Assembly (NCBI GenBank): GCA_002269645.1
Contig: NIVC01000886.1
Location: 186,001-250,000 of the forward strand
DNA from: Macrostomum lignano
Taxonomy: Eukaryota
Direction of reading: 5' to 3'
DNA length: 64,000 bases
The position numbers and the translations under genes were made by a program. The notes beneath the pieces were generated by a model. The model was not told where the DNA came from. It worked only from the letters and a program-made list of their open reading frames with translations, and ran no database searches. Positions within the stretch are counted from its first letter, which is position 1; each line of letters opens with the position of its first letter. Positions 14,041-27,132 of this stretch are shown here, piece by piece.

Positions 14041-14585
14041 CTTTCAGAGACCTGATCTGTTCCTATGTTAAGAAACACCCCCATAAACATATTGCCAAAA
14101 TATTTTCGTCCCTCGAGTTCGGAAGCGTCAATATTTTCCAGGAAAAAGATTAGCCACTGCGCAGGACATTCGCTGTAAATACAGACAGACAGACTCTCGC
14201 ACTGACACGCATTGGGAATAGCGAGGACATTGACAAGGATAAAATCTAGGATTTAAGATGAGGCAATGTACAGATTTTGCTCTCAAATTTTATCCTATGC
14301 ATGATGGATGCATGCAAATCTCAGTGGATTTTTGCTACTTATGAGGCTTCTCAGGCTCCTTCTCGTCTCCTACACTTAGCAAGGAGGATTTTGTAGCAGA
14401 AATTTTCAGTCCTCGAAGTTGTAGGAAAATATGCCGCTGTAAGGAAACTGATGTTGGAGTAGGGAGACTGGGCGTGTGTGCTTCCCTACCTGCCTTCTGG
14501 TATTAATCAACTTTTGAGGGCTAATTCACGTATCGAAAGAGTACGGCTGCTACTTTGTTAGGCTAGTAGAGGCATGGCAGATACG

Positions 14586-15375
14586 GGAGATGAGAGATGA
14601 GAGATAAGATATGAAGGGTGAGATATGACAGATAAGAAATGAAGGGTGAGATATGACAGGTGAGATATGAAAGTTGAGAAATGACAGGTGAGAAATGACA
14701 GTTGAGAAATGACAGGTGAGAAATGACAGGTGAGATATGACAGGTGAGATATGACAGGTGAGAAATAACAGGTGAGATATGACAGTTGAGAAATGACAGG
14801 TGAGAAATGACAGGTGAGATATGACAGTTGAGAATTGACAGGTGAGAAATAACAGGTGAGATATGATAGGTGAGATATGACAGGTGAAATAGGACAGGTG
14901 AGATATGACAGGTGAGATATGACAGGTGAGATATGACAGGTGAGATATGACAGTTGAGATATGACAGGTGAGATATGACAGTTGAGAAATGACAGGTGAA
15001 AAATAACAGGTGAGATATGACAGGTGAGATATGACAGGTGAAATAGGACAGTTGAGAAATGACAGCTGAGATATGACAGGTGAGATATGACAGGTGAGAT
15101 ATGACAGGTGAGATATAACAGGTGAGATATGACAGGTGAGAAATGACAGCTGAGATATGACAGTTGAGAAATGACAGGTGAGAAATAACAGGTGAGATAT
15201 GACAGGTGAGATATGACAGTTGAGAAATGACAGGTGAGAAATGACAGTTGAGAAATGACAGGTGATAAAAGACAGGTGAGATATGACAGGTGAAATAGGA
15301 CAGGTGAGATATGACAGGTGAGATATGACAGGTGAGATATGAGTGATAAAATATGAGAGATGAGAAATGAGAAAT
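14586..15375. repeat. 14-bp minisatellite
   Basis: Unit gacaggtgaga(t/a)at. Confidence 0.95.
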
Positions 15376-15904
15376 GTTAGATGGAATATGAAAGTAGGTT
15401 AATATAGATATGTAAGTAGGTAATTTACAGTTGGTAGGTTGATAGATACATCGTTAGATTTTTAGTTAGATTAGGTAGGCAAGTAATTATTAGTACATGT
15501 AAATATTTAGGTAACACAGATAAAACGGTTAGGTGAACTCATCTTAATGCAGTTAAAATCCTTTTAAGTACATTTCCAATTCTCAGTTCTCTCTAAATAA
15601 TTATTTAGCGGAATCCCTGGCCAGCTGTGGTCAAAGTCTGTCCGTGAAAGTGCATTCCTATGAGTAGCAAATACTTGGGAGGGACGGCCTGCCTGACGGA
15701 GTCACTCAAAAAATTTAACTTAATTTTACTGCTTAGCGATGATATTTGAATGACAGATCACTTGAGGATGAGGAAAGAGTGATGAGTTAGCTGTACATGT
15801 CCTTGATCTAAGTGCAAGCACTGTTAGCCTTTGGGGATCTAATTGTAATTGATTTTGAGTGCATTTACTACCCATTATGTAATGAAAATACAGTATATAA
15901 AGTT

Positions 15905-16447
15905 CCCGATATGTATCGAAAATCACAATAATTAGGATTTCCAATATGTATCGAAAATCACTTTAGTTATGAAGTCCGATATGTATCGAAAATCACTTTA
16001 GTTATGAAGTCCGATATGTATCGAAAATCACTTTAGTTATGATGTCCGATATGTATCGAAAATCACTTTAGTTATGATGTCCGATATGTATCGAAAATCA
16101 CTTTAGTTATGATGCCCGATATGTATCGAAAATCACTTTAGTTGTGATGCCCGATATGTATCGAAAATCACTTTAGTTATGATGCCCGATATGTATCGAA
16201 AATCACTTTAGTTATGATGCCCGATATGTATCGAAAATCACTTTAGTTATGATGCCCGATATGTATCGAAAATCACTTTAGTTATGATGCCCGATATGTA
16301 TCGAAAATCACTTTAGTTATGATGCCCGATATGTATCGAAAATCACTTTAGTTATGATGCCCGATATGTATCGAAAATCACTTTAGTTATGATGCCCGAT
16401 ATGTATCGAAAATCACTTTAGTTATGATGTCCGATATGTATCGAAAT
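15905..16447. repeat. 35-bp homogeneous minisatellite
   Basis: Unit cgatatgtatcgaaaatcactttagttatgatgcc, about 15 copies, no spacers. Confidence 0.95.
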
Positions 16448-17289
16448 TAAACACTTGAATTTACGGTGGTTGAGAGTTTAAAATTCAATTTAGGAAGTGT
16501 GTTTTATAATAAATTTAACGAACCATTTAAACCGGCTTTTCGAATGCATCTCATTAGAGCAGCGGCTTCCCCAGGTTCCAGTCCCCAAGTTTTAATCCTC
16601 TCTCTGTGCCTTCCTTCTCATCATTTCTCGGATTACAAATTATTTGAGACTAATAACAAATTTTTGCCAGCGACCCGACTCCATGTGCGAGCACTGCTCA
16701 ATTTTATGGCTTAGCGGTGACTCACACGAAGCTGGGCTACATCATGTTGATGAAGTTGATTCTGTGCACGCGGAAAAAGGCAGCCAGTCGGTGCAACTCC
16801 CCCCGGGCCGCACAGCTGGGACCCCAGATGTTTTGTGCGTAGGCGATGCCAGGCTAAAAGATGACAATCAAGTCGGGCAGCTGCCTCCCTATCCCTGGCA
16901 TTGGATCGTGTTTAATTATTAGCAGGTCTCTGTGTCACGCAATGCCTCTTGGCAGTTGTTCAATCACGTGACTTGTGACTCGGGCATCGCTTCTACTGAC
17001 TGTTCCATTTTTTTCTATTCCCACAAGGTGAATTTTAAAAATTTAAAATCTAATTCACTTGTTAACCATCCACCTGTGACCAGTTAATTCCATTCAATCT
17101 TTCCTTTCGAAGCTTTTCAAATAGGTTATCAGGCCTTTAGGCTAATGAGTTCTAATCCCAGATGGCACGTGTTGCCAGTCTCCATTGCTTGCTTCTTTGT
17201 CTTCTTTGCAAACCTGCCTTCCCTCGGATTCTGATACAAATCAGTCTGATAAAATATCCTGTGCCCTGAGAGCTCTAGCGAGATGAAGA

Positions 17290-17512
17290 GACAGATAGGG
17301 AGAGAGATAGGGAGAGAGATGGGGAGAGAGATGGGGAGAGAGATGGGGAGACAGATGGGGAGAGAGATGGGGAGAGAGATGGGGAGAGAGATGGGGAGAG
17401 AGATGGGGAGAGAGATGGGGAGAGAGATGGGGAGAGAGATGGGGAGAGAGATGGGGAGAGAGATGGGGAGAGAGATGGGGAGAGAGATGGGGAGAGAGAT
17501 GGGGAGAGAGAT
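17290..17512. repeat. (GGGGAGAGAGAT)n 12-bp array
   Basis: Near-perfect copies, each with a G4 run. Confidence 0.95.
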
Positions 17513-18096
17513 GTGAAGAAACAAGAAGATAAGGGTGAGAAGGGACAGAAACAAAAAGGCAGAGAACAGGGTGGAAAGAGATTCAGTGGGCACAGATAAG
17601 GAGAAGGAGATTTAATAAAAGAGTGGCAGACCGAACAGCATTCAGTAGATGGCAGTGAAGCAGTCAATATAATCTGGTCAGCCAAAGTCGTTGGGTCTCA
17701 TTGGGCAGCCAACTGCCTTCAGATTGGGTGCTCCAAAAATAGGCAAACGTGAGTTGGTGCAGATTGAGGGCCGGCCGCGGAGCTGAGGGCCTCTCACACG
17801 AGGCTGATAGAAAATCAGTTGGCCCAGTGCTGCCTGGGGTGCTGGAAACGGTAGCTGGACCGGCTGCTTTGCTTGAGAGAAAAGTTCTCCACAAATTGCC
17901 CGGCTGTTCTCCTAGAGGGAAGGAACTGTTCTGGTCGAAATTGAGCTCACAGTGTGTGCGCTCCCTGTGAACTATTGGATTTCAGGAAAGTGGCCGGTCT
18001 TTGCTAACCAGCCTGGGGTGGCCAATGCGACATTGAACTGGAAGCTGGAGTGCCAAGTCTTGGCTCAAAAACTCATTTTCAGGCATTATAGGACTC

Positions 18097-18129
<33 letters not shown>

Positions 18130-18334
18130 TAGATAGCGAGAAAGAGCGAGCGAAGCGAGCTCTTTCGAGCTTGCTTGCCGCAGCCAATCAAGCTGAATGC
18201 ACGCACACAAGATCACCGGAAACGATTAAGGCAGCTGGAAAGCCAATGGGCGCGGTAAGCGCTTTTATCCAGAGGAACTACCTGCTGGAACCAGCTATGC
18301 CGAACGAAAATCAGACTACTCAGACTACTCAGAC

Positions 18335-18370
<36 letters not shown>

Positions 18371-18734
18371 CAGTTCAGCCACAGGCCATATTGGTTTGGT
18401 TTCAGTCCCCCTTGAAATCTGGGCTACTGATAACATTGGGTCAGAAAAAAGTGACAGGTGATATTGATTTACTATCTGAGCAGGGCAGGCAGTGCAAGCG
18501 TACTTACCCATACCTATTTCCCACCTGCTTGACAGACATATTGCCGGTCGGAGTTGGAGAACAGGTCACGAGATTTTCATTGCATATTGAGTTGAAATGG
18601 AGACCTGTCATGTAGTGTGGACAGCCCCATGTTGAAGTGGGCTTCCAGTTGATCAACTGAATAATTTTTTCTGACTGTGGACACCCCTATCTTCATATGG
18701 ATACCTTTTTCTAATGGACGCCCTTACACTATAG

Positions 18735-19760
18735 TGGACACCCCAGTCCTCTGGTGGACACCTTAGTCCTATAGTGGACATTCAGTACTATAGTGGACAC
18801 CCTAATCCTATAGTGGACACCCAGTCCTATAGTGGACACCCAGTCCTATAGTGGACACCCCAATCCTGTAGTGGACACCCAATCCTATAGTGGACACCCA
18901 ATCCTATAGTGGACACCCAATCCTATAGTGGACACCCAATCCTATAGTGGACACCCCAGTCCTGTGGTGGACACCTTAGTCCTATAGTGGACACCCAATC
19001 CTATAGTGGACACCCAATCCTATAGTGGACACCCCAGTCCTGTGGTGGGCACCTTAGTCCTATAGTGGACATTCAGTACTATAGTGGACACCCTAATCCT
19101 ATAATGGACACCCAGTCCTATAGTGGACACCCAGTCCTATAGTGGACACCCCAATCCTGTAGTGGACACCCAATCCTATAGTGGACACCCAATCCTATAG
19201 TGGACACCCAGTCCTATAGTGGACACCCCAATCCTGTAGTGGACACCCAATCCTATAGTGGACACCCAATCCTATAGTGGACACCCAATCCTATAGTGGA
19301 CACCCCAGTCCTGTGGTGGACACCTTAGTCCTATAGTGGACACCCAATCCTATAGTGGACACCCAATCCTATAGTGGACACCCCAGTCCTGTGGTGGGCA
19401 CCTTAGTCCTATAGTGGACATTCAGTACTATAGTGGACACCCTAATCCTATAATGGACACCCAGTCCTATAGTGGACACCCCAGTCCTATAGTGGACACC
19501 CCAGTCCTATAGTGGACACCCAATCCTATAGTGGACACCCAGTCCTATAGTGGACACCCCAGTCCTATAGTGGACACCCCAGTCCTATAGTGGACAACCA
19601 GATCCTATAGTGGACACCCCAGTCCTATAGTGGACACCCCAGTCTCATAGTGACACGCCAGTACTATAGTGGACACCCCAGTCCTATAGTGGACACCCAA
19701 TCCTATAGTGTACACCCAAGTTCTACAATGGACACCCCATTACTATAGAGGACAGTTCAG
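18735..19760. repeat. 19-20-bp minisatellite
   Basis: Unit cctatagtggacaccc(c)a(a/g)t, with higher-order block repeats. Confidence 0.95.
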
Positions 19761-20324
19761 TCCTATTCTGTAGGACACCCCGATGTTGAGGCGGACATTG
19801 CCCAGTTCTCATTGGGACACTTCGGCTTCAAGTGGACATCCCTGTTTATTAATTATAATTCTAGTCTTACAGTAAACACTTTTCTCTGTCCTTGGGATGG
19901 ACAGGACACCCCAGTGATCAAGCAGACACCCCAAATGTGACATCCCATTTGGTATCGGATTTTCCCGTCGAAGCCTTCCCTTCGGGGCCGTCACTGAGGC
20001 TCGGTTTTTTATCTTCTTAAGTCCCTCTCTCTGCTCAGCGTTTAATCCCGGAGGCTTATGGGTGAGAATTCAGTTCGCCTATGGAATTGTCGATGATATT
20101 CGACCTGCCCGGCAACTCCAGCTTCGTGTCCCCCCCCAATGCTCTCTTTTGGCTTAAATACATCAATTTCTATTCTTTATTATGCGGCTGCCGAATCGGA
20201 CAGAATGTATGGCCCATCATTTATTGCCATAAATTTCCCATATTTAGGAATGGAGCGAGAGTCAGCCTGGCCTGGAGTCGTAGTTTTGTCAGATAATGCG
20301 ATGGGGAAAGATGACAGGGGAACT

Positions 20325-20372
20325 GAGAGAGTGAGAGTGAGAGAGAGAGTGAGTGAGAGTGAGAGAGAGAGT

Positions 20373-20408
<36 letters not shown>

Positions 20409-20426
20409 AGGAGAGATGGTAAAAGA

Positions 20427-20457
<31 letters not shown>

Positions 20458-20568
20458 GGAAGGGGAGATGGTAAAAGAGTGAGAGAGAGAGAGAGAGAGA
20501 GAGGGAAGGAGAGATGGTAAAAAAGTGTGAGAGAGAGAGAGAGGGAAGGAGAGATGGTAAAAGAGTGT

Positions 20569-20604
<36 letters not shown>

Positions 20605-21480
20605 AGGGGAGATGATAAAAGAGTGTGAGAGAGAGAGAGAGTGAGAGAGAGAGGGAAGGAGAGATGGTAAAAGAGTGTGAGAGAGAGAGAGTGAGAGAGA
20701 GAGGGAAGGAGAGATGGTAAAAGAGTGTGACAGAGAGAGTGAGAGAGAGAGGGAAGGAGAGATGGTAAGAGTGTGAGAGAGAGAGAGTGAGAGAGAGAGG
20801 GAAGGAGAGATGGTAAAAGAGTGTGTGAGAGAGAGAGAGAGTGAGAGAGAGTGAGAGAGAGAGGGAAGGAGAGATGGTAAAAGAATGTGAGAGAGAGAGA
20901 GTGAGAGAGAGAGAGGGAAGGAGAGATGGTAAAAGAATGTGAGAGAGAGAGTGAGAGAGAGAGAGGGAAGGAGAGATGGTAAAAGAGTGTGTGAGAGAGA
21001 GAGAGTGAGAGAGAGTGAGAGAGAGAGGGAAGGAGAGATAGTAAAAGAATGTGAGAGAGAGAGAGTGAGAGAGAGAGGGAAGGAGAGATGGTAAAAGAGT
21101 GTGAGAGAGAGAGTGAGAGAGAGAGGGAAGGAGAGATGGTAAAAGAGTGTGAGAGAGAGAGTGAGAGAGAGAGAGGGAAGGAGAGATGGTAAAAGAGTGA
21201 GAGAGAGAGAGAGTGAGAGAGAGTGAGAGAGAGAGGGAAGGAGAGATGGTAAAAGAATGTGAGAGAGAGAGTGAGAGAGAGAGGGAAGGAGAGATGGTAA
21301 AAGAGTGTGAGAGAGAGTGAGAGAGAGAGAGGGAAGGAGAGATGGTAAAAGAGTGTGAGAGAGAGAGAGAGAGTGAGAGAGAGTGTGAGAGAGAGTAAGA
21401 GAGAGAGTGAGAGAGAGTGAGAGAAAGAGAGTGAGATAAAAGAGAGAGAGAGAGAGAGATTGATGGAGAGAAGGAGAGAC
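20325..21480. repeat. Compound GA-rich array
   Basis: gagagggaaggagagatggtaaaagagtgt followed by a variable (ga)n spacer. Confidence 0.95.
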
Positions 21481-21735
21481 ATAAGAGGGAGAGAGATACA
21501 TTAGAAGAAGCGATGGAAGAGACCAGGCGGGGAAAGAAAAAGCGGAGCGAGATGAAGGGCCGAAAGATGTAGATTGGCAGCTGAGCGGACAAGGTATGCC
21601 TGAGAATCTCTAATTCCACTTTAAACTTCAAAAAACTTATTATACTACTTACCTGGGCTCTAACTGTGAGTAGCAATTTCCTGATCTGCAGATAACTAAA
21701 TACCAGACCCCCCGTCTGTGCCTCAACACCTGCAG

Positions 21736-22111
21736 CACCGATGCATCACAGGAGCAGCAAGTGGAGCGCCAGAGTCAGCCACTGAAGACCGCCAAGCTGG
21801 CAGCATCTCTGGATGCCTGTCTCACCTGGCTCCGCGACGCCGGCGGTGCAGCTGCAGAGGCCGAGACCTGGCTGTCAGGCCTGACCCACTGGGACGATTT
21901 GCCCGGCTTGAGAAAAGTGCAAGCTCGATTCGAAGCCCTGCAGATCGGCCTGGAAGCTGAGGGAATCCGGTTGAAGGCTCTTCAAGATGAGGCTGCGGCT
22001 GCTGGAGGCTGTGGGAATGGCGCAGTCGCTTCTGCGGAGGTCAACGGGAAGGATTCCGCCGGCAAAGCGGATGTTGAGGAGGCTGAGGAGATCCGGGATC
22101 GGCTGGATGAG
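21736..22111 (+). CDS. Dys: Dystrophin-family rod exon E2 (phase 2-0); alternative phase-0 acceptors at 21691, 21706 and 21751
   Basis: Acceptor cccccgtctgtgcctcaacacctgcag with branch-like taactaa about 40 nt upstream; donor GAG|GTGAAT at 22112. Encodes LAASLDACLTWLRDA...RKVQARFEALQIGLEAEGIRLKAL...EIRDRLDE, a spectrin-repeat pattern. The 5' boundary is uncertain. Confidence 0.75.
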
Positions 22112-22175
22112 GTGAATCTTGCATTCTTAGAAATGGGATTATTTCATGTTATTTAATGTGCGAGCAATACGATCC

Positions 22176-22620
22176 CAGTCAGTGTCAGTCAGTGTCAGTC
22201 AGTGCCAGTCAGTGTCAGTCAGTGTCAGTCAGTGTCAGTCAGTGTCAGTCAGTGTCAGTCAGTGTCAGTCAGTGTCAGTCAGTGTCAGATAGTGTCAGAT
22301 AGTGTCAGTCAGTGTCAGTCAGTGTCAGTCAGTGTCAGTCAGTGTCAGTCAGTGTCAGTCAGTGTCAGTCAGTGTCAGTCAGTGTCAGTCAGTGTCAGTC
22401 AGTGTCAGTCAGTGTCAGTCAGTGTCAGTCAGTGTCAGTCAGTGTCAGTCAGTGTCAGTCAGTGTCAGTCAGTGTCAGATAGTGTCAGATAGTGTCAGAT
22501 AGTGTAAGATGGTGTCAGTCAGTGTCAGGTAGTGTCAGACAGTGTCAGACAGTGTCAGTCAGTGTCAGGTAGTGTCAGACAGTGTCAGACAGTGTCAGTC
22601 AGTGTCAGTTAGTGTCAGAC
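22176..22620. repeat. (AGTGTCAGTC)n 10-bp array filling the E2-E3 intron
   Basis: Direct reading. Confidence 0.95.
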
Positions 22621-22641
22621 GGAATCCCTCATTCACCCCAG

Positions 22642-22934
22642 GCCAGCACTGAGTACCGTCGGCTGCAGCAGGTCTTCTCAGACCGTCAGCTCGCACTGGA
22701 GCACTCAGTCAGCCAGCTGGAGTCGCTACTCACCGACATCAACGACCTGACGGCGTGGACGCGAGCCCAGCTGGTGAGCTCGCCTCCAGCGGCGGCCTCT
22801 GACATGTCTGCTGAGCAGCGGCTGCAGCTGGCGGACATTGATGATGAAGCGTGGACTCAACGCACCGACTCAATGCAGCGGCTGAGAGAGCAGCTGGATC
22901 ATGTGACCCAATGCGATTTGCGGGATCCCGCCAA
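22642..22934 (+). CDS. Dys: Dystrophin-family rod exon E3 (phase 0-2)
   Basis: Acceptor ctcattcaccccag and donor AA|GTGAGT. ASTEYRRLQQVFSDRQLALEHSVSQLESLLTDINDLTAWTRAQL continues the E2 helix as a spectrin C-to-A junction. Confidence 0.8.
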
Positions 22935-23099
22935 GTGAGTGCCGAAACTCAAATCACAGAGGGTGCACAATGTGTACACTGCCGATGAGCTAGTCGGGGC
23001 CGCTGTACCCACTGTCTGAGCACGTGTGTTTGCGTCCGTACGTGTCGTGTGCGCGGAGTGAGCACAGCTGCCTGCCTCCTCTGCTGTTAATCTGTCCTC

Positions 23100-23560
23100 G
23101 CTTTAGAATCGCCCCTTTAAAATTGGCCCACATAATCGCTATCTAGAATCGCCTAAGGAACCACCCGTAAAAATCGCCACTAAGAAACAACCCTTTAGAA
23201 CCACCCCTCAAGAATTGCCCCTTAAAATGGCCCTTTTAGAATAATCGCCCTTTTAAAATCGCCCTTTCAGAATCACCTCTTTAGAATCACCCCTAAAATC
23301 GTTATTTTAGAATCGCCGTAAAATAGAGCCCTAAAAATCGCCCCTAAGAATCGCCCTTTTATAACCGCCTTTTAAGAATCACCCCTAAGAATCGCCCCTA
23401 AGAAATCGTCCCTAAGAATCGCCCCTAAGAAATCGTCCCTAAGAATCGCCCTTTCAGAATCACCCCTTTAGAATCACCCTTTAAGAATCACCCTTTTAGA
23501 ATCGCCCATTACCGCTAAGAAATCGCCCTTCAAAATCGCCACTAAGGGATCGCCATGAGA
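23100..23560. repeat. Degenerate 13-15-bp array
   Basis: Unit approximately tttagaatcgccc(c). Confidence 0.85.
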
Positions 23561-23648
23561 ATTACCCATGAATCTATCCAGGTTAAATGTCAGTGACATG
23601 CATTCATTAGCATCCAGCTAATTCTATGTAAACTGTCTCAAACTTCAG

Positions 23649-23955
23649 CTGCTCAGGCACCCAGCAGCAGCATCCAAAGCGCAAGCTGAAATCCTCAGAC
23701 GAGATGCGACGCCGTCTCAGCGAGCTGGAGCAAAACTGGCTCCAATTGATGGAGCTTCGAGCGGCTGTGTGCTCCGAGGAAGTGAAAGAAGTCCGTCAGC
23801 AGCAGGTGCAGCAGGAGAAGCATCAGCAGCAGCAGCAGAAACAGCGAGATGATCAGAAGCTGAAGCACCAGCCAGTAGCCGAGTGGTTAGAAAGGTCGCA
23901 GGCTTTTCTTACCAGTCAACGCGTCGTGATTGGTCGGATTTTCGACGGAGACGAC
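23649..23955 (+). CDS. Dys: Dystrophin-family rod exon E4 (phase 2-0)
   Basis: Acceptor tctcaaacttcag and donor GAC|GTGAGT. AA+C gives Asn in frame with E3. Encodes EMRRRLSELEQNWLQLMELR...VAEWLERSQAFL, a spectrin pattern with a Q-rich insert. Confidence 0.8.
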
Positions 23956-24004
23956 GTGAGTTTGTTGTTGGTGTCCTTGACGACTATTTTTTTGCGTCAT
24001 TGAC

Positions 24005-24295
24005 AACCGCTTTGGTCTTCATTTGGACAAACCCTTACATTTAGGCGTCCTTGACAACCTTTTAGGCGTCCTTGACGACTTTTTAGGCGCCTTTGACAAC
24101 CGCTTAGGAGACGTCCTTGACGACCTTTGAGGCATCCTTGATGACTTTTTAGGCGTCTTTGACAACCGCTTAGGCGTCCTTGACGACCTTTGAGGCGTCC
24201 TTGACGACTTTTTAGGCGTCTTTGACAACCACTTAGGTGTCCTTGACGACCTCTTAGACGTCCCTGAGGACTACTTAGGCGTCCTTGACAACCAT
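24005..24295. repeat. 21-bp minisatellite
   Basis: Unit tttaggcgtccttgac(a/g)ac(c/t)t. Confidence 0.9.
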
Positions 24296-24626
24296 TTTAT
24301 CGTCTTTTATCGCCAGTTTGGCACTTTTAGCAACAACTATTTGACCGAATAAACCTCTCGGTGCCACTAGCAACTGTTTTTTGGGAAATTTGAAAAAAAC
24401 ATTCTTTTATCTTTACTTACTTAAACGTTGCCAGTGATTTGAGACTGAATTCAAAGATATGCCATTGAAAATTACTTCAATTTTCATTTTTTGTGCGGCT
24501 ACTACTAACAAAAGCCAATGAGTAGTGCAGTTCGGAATTAGTAACTATTTTTTGCTTAATTATTAAATCCGAAATTCAATGAAATTGACTTACTCGTCCT
24601 ATTATTACTTTTCAATACTCCATCAG

Positions 24627-24795
24627 TCCGAGTTATCCCAGCAATCGGTGGGCAGTCTCGACAGCCTCTCGCCTGCCGAAGCTCTGGCTAAAGCGAAATC
24701 ATTGCTGACTGAGCTGGACACCCGTCACAGGCAGAGTCTGCGCGAGGTGAAAGCAACGCTTAGACGGAAACCCGAGTCTGCTAATGCCGCCCTGG
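24627..24795 (+). CDS. Dys: Dystrophin-family rod exon E5 (phase 0-1)
   Basis: Acceptor ttttcaatactccatcag and donor G|GTGAGA at 24796. SELSQQ...ALAKAKSLLTELDTRHRQSLREVKATLRR; the phase matches E6. Confidence 0.75.
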
Positions 24796-24815
24796 GTGAG
24801 AGGGTGTGGCTGAAT

Positions 24816-25436
24816 GTTAGACAGGAGTGTCACCTGTTACACACGATTAGTGTGTCACCTGTTAGACACGATTAGTGTGTCACCTGTTAGACAGGAGTGT
24901 GTCACCTGTTAGACACGGTTAGTGTGTCACCTGTTAGACACGATTAGTGTGTCACCTGTTAGACAGGAGTGTGTCACCTGTTAGACACGGTTAGTGTGTC
25001 ACCTGTTACACACGGTTAGTGTGTCACCTGTTACACACGATTAGTGTGTCACCTGTTAGACAGGAGTGTGTCACCTGTTAGACAGGAGTGTGTCACCTGT
25101 TAGACAGAAGTGTGTCACCTGTTAGACAGGAGTGTGTCACCTGTTAGACACGATTAGTGTGTCACCTGTTAGACAGGAGTGTGTCACCTGTTAGACAGAA
25201 GTGTGTCACCTGTTAGACAGGAGTGTGTCACCTGTTAGACAGGAGTGTGTCACCTGTTAGACACGATTAGTGTGTCACCTGTTAGACAGGAGTGTGTCAC
25301 CTGTTAGACACGATTAGTGTGTCACCTGTTAGACAGGAGTGTGTCACCTGTTAGACAGGAGTGTGTCACCTGTTAGACACGACGAGTGTGCTACCCGTTA
25401 GACAGAGAACAGTTACACCTGTTAGACACGAGTGTG
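24816..25436. repeat. 22-24-bp minisatellite
   Basis: Unit gttagac(aggag/acgattag)tgtgtcacct; begins about 20 nt after the E5 donor. Confidence 0.95.
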
Positions 25437-26102
25437 TCATGTGTTTGCACCTGAGTGTTCAGAAGTAACCAGTTCATTCAATTCAAGTGGAGAATCTGCA
25501 TTTAAAGCTACAATATAAGCCCCACACAGTGGTACATTGTGCTTGCGACGCTGTTGTGTAGGTTGGAAATACTCTGTGTATTACTCTGTGAGGAAGCAAG
25601 GAAGGAAATTCTCCATTGACTTTTAATCATAATCCACTGCACTGTTACCTTCTCGTTTGCTTTGAGAACCGCCCAGTGCGGTATTACACTTTGAGCAGGA
25701 CTCCACCACGCAAAGGGCAAAGAGAAGGGCAAAGAAAATTTGATATGCAATTCTCGGGAGCTCTTGGATGCTTTGAGATATAGAAAAAAATTGGCTATGT
25801 ACTTTTACTATCGACGACTCTAATCCGCTTCAACAGTGGGATGGTAACTAATCCAGTAATGCTGGGGAATTGGGGCTGCGACTTTCATCAGTTTGAGTCG
25901 ACCCCGGGACCTATCCAGGCTGAGCACCCCAAGAGTAATTTAGCCGAGTTCATTGGCATTCTCTGTCTCGCCTCCTCGTTTGAATCCTTTGGGAATACTT
26001 TTAAAGACTGATGAGGCTGCGAAGCTGCAAGCGAACTTTCTTTTAAATTTCTGCGGCATTTTTCAGATTAGTTGGCGCAGGCATTTCTGAAAGAGTTAAT
26101 TA

Positions 26103-26119
26103 TTTAGTTACTTAGTTAC

Positions 26120-26172
<53 letters not shown>

Positions 26173-26217
26173 GAGTTAGTTAGTGAGTTAGTTAGTTAGT
26201 TAGTGAGTTAGTTAGTG

Positions 26218-26284
<67 letters not shown>

Positions 26285-26337
26285 GAGTTAGTTAGTTAGT
26301 GAGTTAGTTAGTTAGTTAGTTAGTGAGTTAGTTAGTG

Positions 26338-26376
<39 letters not shown>

Positions 26377-26436
26377 GAGTTAGTTAGTTAGTTAGTTTGT
26401 TAGTTAGTTAGTTAGTTAGTTAATCAGTAAGTTAGC

Positions 26437-26488
<52 letters not shown>

Positions 26489-26533
26489 GAGTTAGTTAGT
26501 AAGTTAGTTAGTTAGTTAGTGAGTTAGTTAGTG

Positions 26534-26580
<47 letters not shown>

Positions 26581-26811
26581 GAGTTAGCTAGTTAGTTAGT
26601 TAGTTAGTTAGTGAGTTAGTTAGTTAGTTAGTTAGTTAGTGAGTGAGTGAGTTAGTTAGTGAGTTAGTTAGTTAGTTAGTGAGTTAGTTAGTTAGTTAGT
26701 TTGTTAGTTAGTTAGTTAGTTAGTCAGTCAGTTAGTTATTTAGTTAGTTAGTCAGTCAGTCAGTCAGTTAGTTATTTAGTTAGTTAGTCAGTCAGTCAGT
26801 CAGTTAGTTAT

Positions 26812-26892
<81 letters not shown>

Positions 26893-27132
26893 CAGCCAGT
26901 TAATTAGTTAGTTAGTTAGTTAGTTAGTTAGCTAGTTAGTTAGTTAGTTAGCTAGTTAGTTAGCTAGTTAGTTAGTTCGTCAGTTAGTGAGTTAGTTAGT
27001 TATTTAGTTAGTTAGTTAGTTCGTCAGTTAGTGAGTTAGTTAGTTATTTAGTCAGTCACTTAGCTAGTTCGTTAGTTAGTTAGTCAGTTAGTTACTTAGT
27101 TAGTCAGTTAGTTACCTAGTTAGTCAGTTAGC
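26103..27132. repeat. (TTAG)n microsatellite
   Basis: Direct reading, with tgag/tcag variants. Confidence 0.95.

Noticed and set aside
15905-16447. 35-bp repeats of CRISPR-like length (also 6150-6955)
   Set aside because: Head-to-tail copies with no unique spacers, no cas genes, and a eukaryotic context.
16715-16838. Plus-strand candidate exon (phase 2-0)
   Set aside because: Weak acceptor; not needed because E1 joins 21736 directly; peptide not recognisable.
21666-21691. GTGAGT...CAG 26-nt mini-intron upstream of E2
   Set aside because: Too short for an animal intron, with no convincing upstream exon.
26103-27132. (TTAG)n as an interstitial telomere
   Set aside because: The unit is TTAG, not TTAGGG or TTAGG.
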